A DNA stretch of 27,922 nucleotides from a virus. Taxonomy: Duplodnaviria > Caudoviricetes. Numbering within the stretch: position 1 is the first letter of the stretch; the number at the start of each line of letters is the position of its first letter. Made by a program: the position numbers and the translations under genes. Below are positions 26,513-27,922 of this stretch, one piece after another. The DNA lies in IMG/VR virus record IMGVR_UViG_3300042541_000160, positions 1-27,922 of that record; one strand, given 5' to 3'. The notes beneath the pieces were generated by a model that did not search any database, had not been told where the DNA came from, and worked only from the letters and a program-made list of their open reading frames with translations.

Positions 26513-26521
26513 ATTATAGCA
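26513..26521 (-). promoter_or_regulatory. Extended -10 promoter
   Basis: TGCTATAAT lies between the capsid terminator and the RBS of the 131-aa gene. The -35 is weak. Confidence 0.6.
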
Positions 26522-26537
26522 TTACTAAATTAAAATG

Positions 26538-26571
26538 AAAAGCCCCCCAAAAATTAATTTAGGGGGCTTTT
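26538..26571 (-). terminator. Intrinsic terminator after major capsid gene
   Basis: AAAAGCCCCC ... GGGGGCTTTT inverted repeat followed by CATTTT on the minus strand. Confidence 0.82.
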
Positions 26572-26592
26572 AGCAGATCTAAATCCTATTTA

Positions 26593-27642
26593 TTAGGAAG
26601 CGACCTTAACGTCTTTAACAACTACCCATGCGTCTGCCTGCTCGATTTGAACGCCAACACGAGTATACATTGTGTACTCGATTGAGTCCTTACGTGGCTG
26701 GAAGAAACGATAAACAGTTACATCACGCTTGATACCAATAACTACGTTATTTGGGAATGTCAAGTGGATATCTCCGTGATCGCCAGTCTGGCCTGAATAT
26801 GTACCATCCTGTGCTTCTTTTAGCATAGGAACTTCAACAATTGGAATACCAAATGCGAATGGTGCTACGTATCCTGCTGGACCACCAAGTCCTGGAGTTG
26901 CTCCACGGATAACGCCTGATGCGATATCTTGTGGGATTGTCTGGTTTGTTCCAATGCTGTTAGCATATAGGAAGTCCTGGATTAGGTTTGAACCTACCAA
27001 GAAGCGTAGATCACCACGGCGTTGCTTGTACTTACGTGGAAGTGCCTTTAGAGCCTTATTGAAAAGCTCACGAGATACTCCTGCGCCTGCACCTGCTACA
27101 ACGTGACCGCTAGCCTTTGCCTTCTTTACAATACCATCAAATGACTTGTACAGGGCATCGCCTGTTAGTGATGTATCTCCGTTAAGGACTACATCTTCAA
27201 TGTCGTTACCTGCTTGTGTTGCCATCAAGCGAGCAATGTGATCTTCTAGATCTGGACCTTCAATATTGTCTTCTAGAGACTCAGTTGAAAGCTCCCAATT
27301 CAAACGAAGCTTCTTTGTTGTAAGAGAGATCTTTGAGAAAGTAACTGCTGCGTTTGCACCAGTTGCATCTCCTTCTGTTGCGAGAGACATAAGCTTCTCA
27401 CCAACGGACATACGATCAATCTCTGATGTATCGCTTCTCATTCTGACTGTACGGGCGACTTTTCCAATTACGGTTGCGTCGAACATATAATCTAAAAAGC
27501 GGGCTGATTGTTCTGCATTTAGAAGACCACCGTTGCCAGCTTCGCTAGCTACGTGAACTCCTGCTCCACCTGTGGTAGAAGCAAAGGTACCTGTAGCAGT
27601 TGTGCCTGCTTCGATTGCCTTTTGTAATGTTTCGTTACTCAT
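26593..27642 (-). CDS. Major capsid protein (HK97 fold)
   Basis: GGLLNAEQSARFLDY, ELSTESLEDNIEG, DVVLNGD..FDGIVK, FGIPIVEVP and IEYTMYTRVG are capsid motifs. Start reassigned to ATG 27642 (AGGTGA RBS, 8-nt spacing). Confidence 0.92.
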   Translation of the reverse strand: MSNETLQKAIEAGTTATGTFASTTGGAGVHVASEAGNGGLLNAEQSARFLDYMFDATVIGKVARTVRMRSDTSEIDRMSVGEKLMSLATEGDATGANAAVTFSKISLTTKKLRLNWELSTESLEDNIEGPDLEDHIARLMATQAGNDIEDVVLNGDTSLTGDALYKSFDGIVKKAKASGHVVAGAGAGVSRELFNKALKALPRKYKQRRGDLRFLVGSNLIQDFLYANSIGTNQTIPQDIASGVIRGATPGLGGPAGYVAPFAFGIPIVEVPMLKEAQDGTYSGQTGDHGDIHLTFPNNVVIGIKRDVTVYRFFQPRKDSIEYTMYTRVGVQIEQADAWVVVKDVKVAS

Positions 27643-27659
27643 ATTATATTTCACCTACC

Positions 27660-27922
27660 TTATTTAATTAATTCTGTTACGGAACCGAGGAAAGAACCGT
27701 TCCACTTTGATTTTTTGATTGTTACTTCCTGAGACCCGCCAAGGTCTGAGGACTTCTTAATTGCAGTCTCTGATTCTACTGCATCGACACGCTTCTCTAC
27801 GCCATCAATCGTGTTCTTGATATCTTCTACAGCCTTTGAAAGTGCTGTATGTTGTTCTGCCAATTCTGAAATACGACCATCAACGCTCTTGCTGAATGTT
27901 TCAACTGTATCTTTGATAAGTG
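27660..27922 (-). CDS. C-terminus of scaffold / prohead protease-scaffold protein (truncated)
   Basis: Frame is open to the window edge (..LIKDTVETFSKSVDGRISELAEQH..). Coiled coil ending KSKWNGSFL, directly upstream of the capsid gene. Confidence 0.7.
   Translation of the reverse strand, partial: LIKDTVETFSKSVDGRISELAEQHTALSKAVEDIKNTIDGVEKRVDAVESETAIKKSSDLGGSQEVTIKKSKWNGSFLGSVTELIK

Noticed and set aside
1-27922. Stop-codon reassignment, introns/inteins, tRNAs, CRISPR arrays
   Set aside because: Genes tile densely under the standard code with TAA, TAG and TGA all used as stops. Helicase and capsid are of normal length, and the intergenic gaps are short and explained by promoters and terminators.

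Overview
The window is a contiguous segment of a tailed dsDNA phage (siphovirus architecture, AT-rich), with every credible gene on the minus strand. In transcription order (right to left): end of a scaffold/prohead-protease gene, major capsid protein, Rho-N/HeH-like protein, head-tail joining genes, tail tube, tail assembly chaperone with a -1 frameshift, a 2171-aa tape measure protein (TMP), tail tip and fibre genes, small coiled-coil proteins, then a replication block (metallophosphoesterase, Zn-ribbon, HTH protein, DnaB-like helicase, start of a probable primase). Gene order and a leaderless promoter suggest an actinobacterial host, which is inference only. No integrase, lysin, tRNA, CRISPR, RT or IS is recognisable. 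The most notable items are: (1) a ~316-codon globular insert in the TMP bracketed by a 22/25-nt in-frame direct repeat (RMAxGGMV) and carrying a duplicate of the TMP C-terminal motif, a candidate exchangeable injected-cargo cassette; (2) a complete frameshift signal (CCCAAAC plus hairpin); (3) a consensus promoter firing directly into a terminator ahead of the replication block; (4) an apparently split tail hub protein. All product calls come from motifs read by eye and synteny, not database searches.
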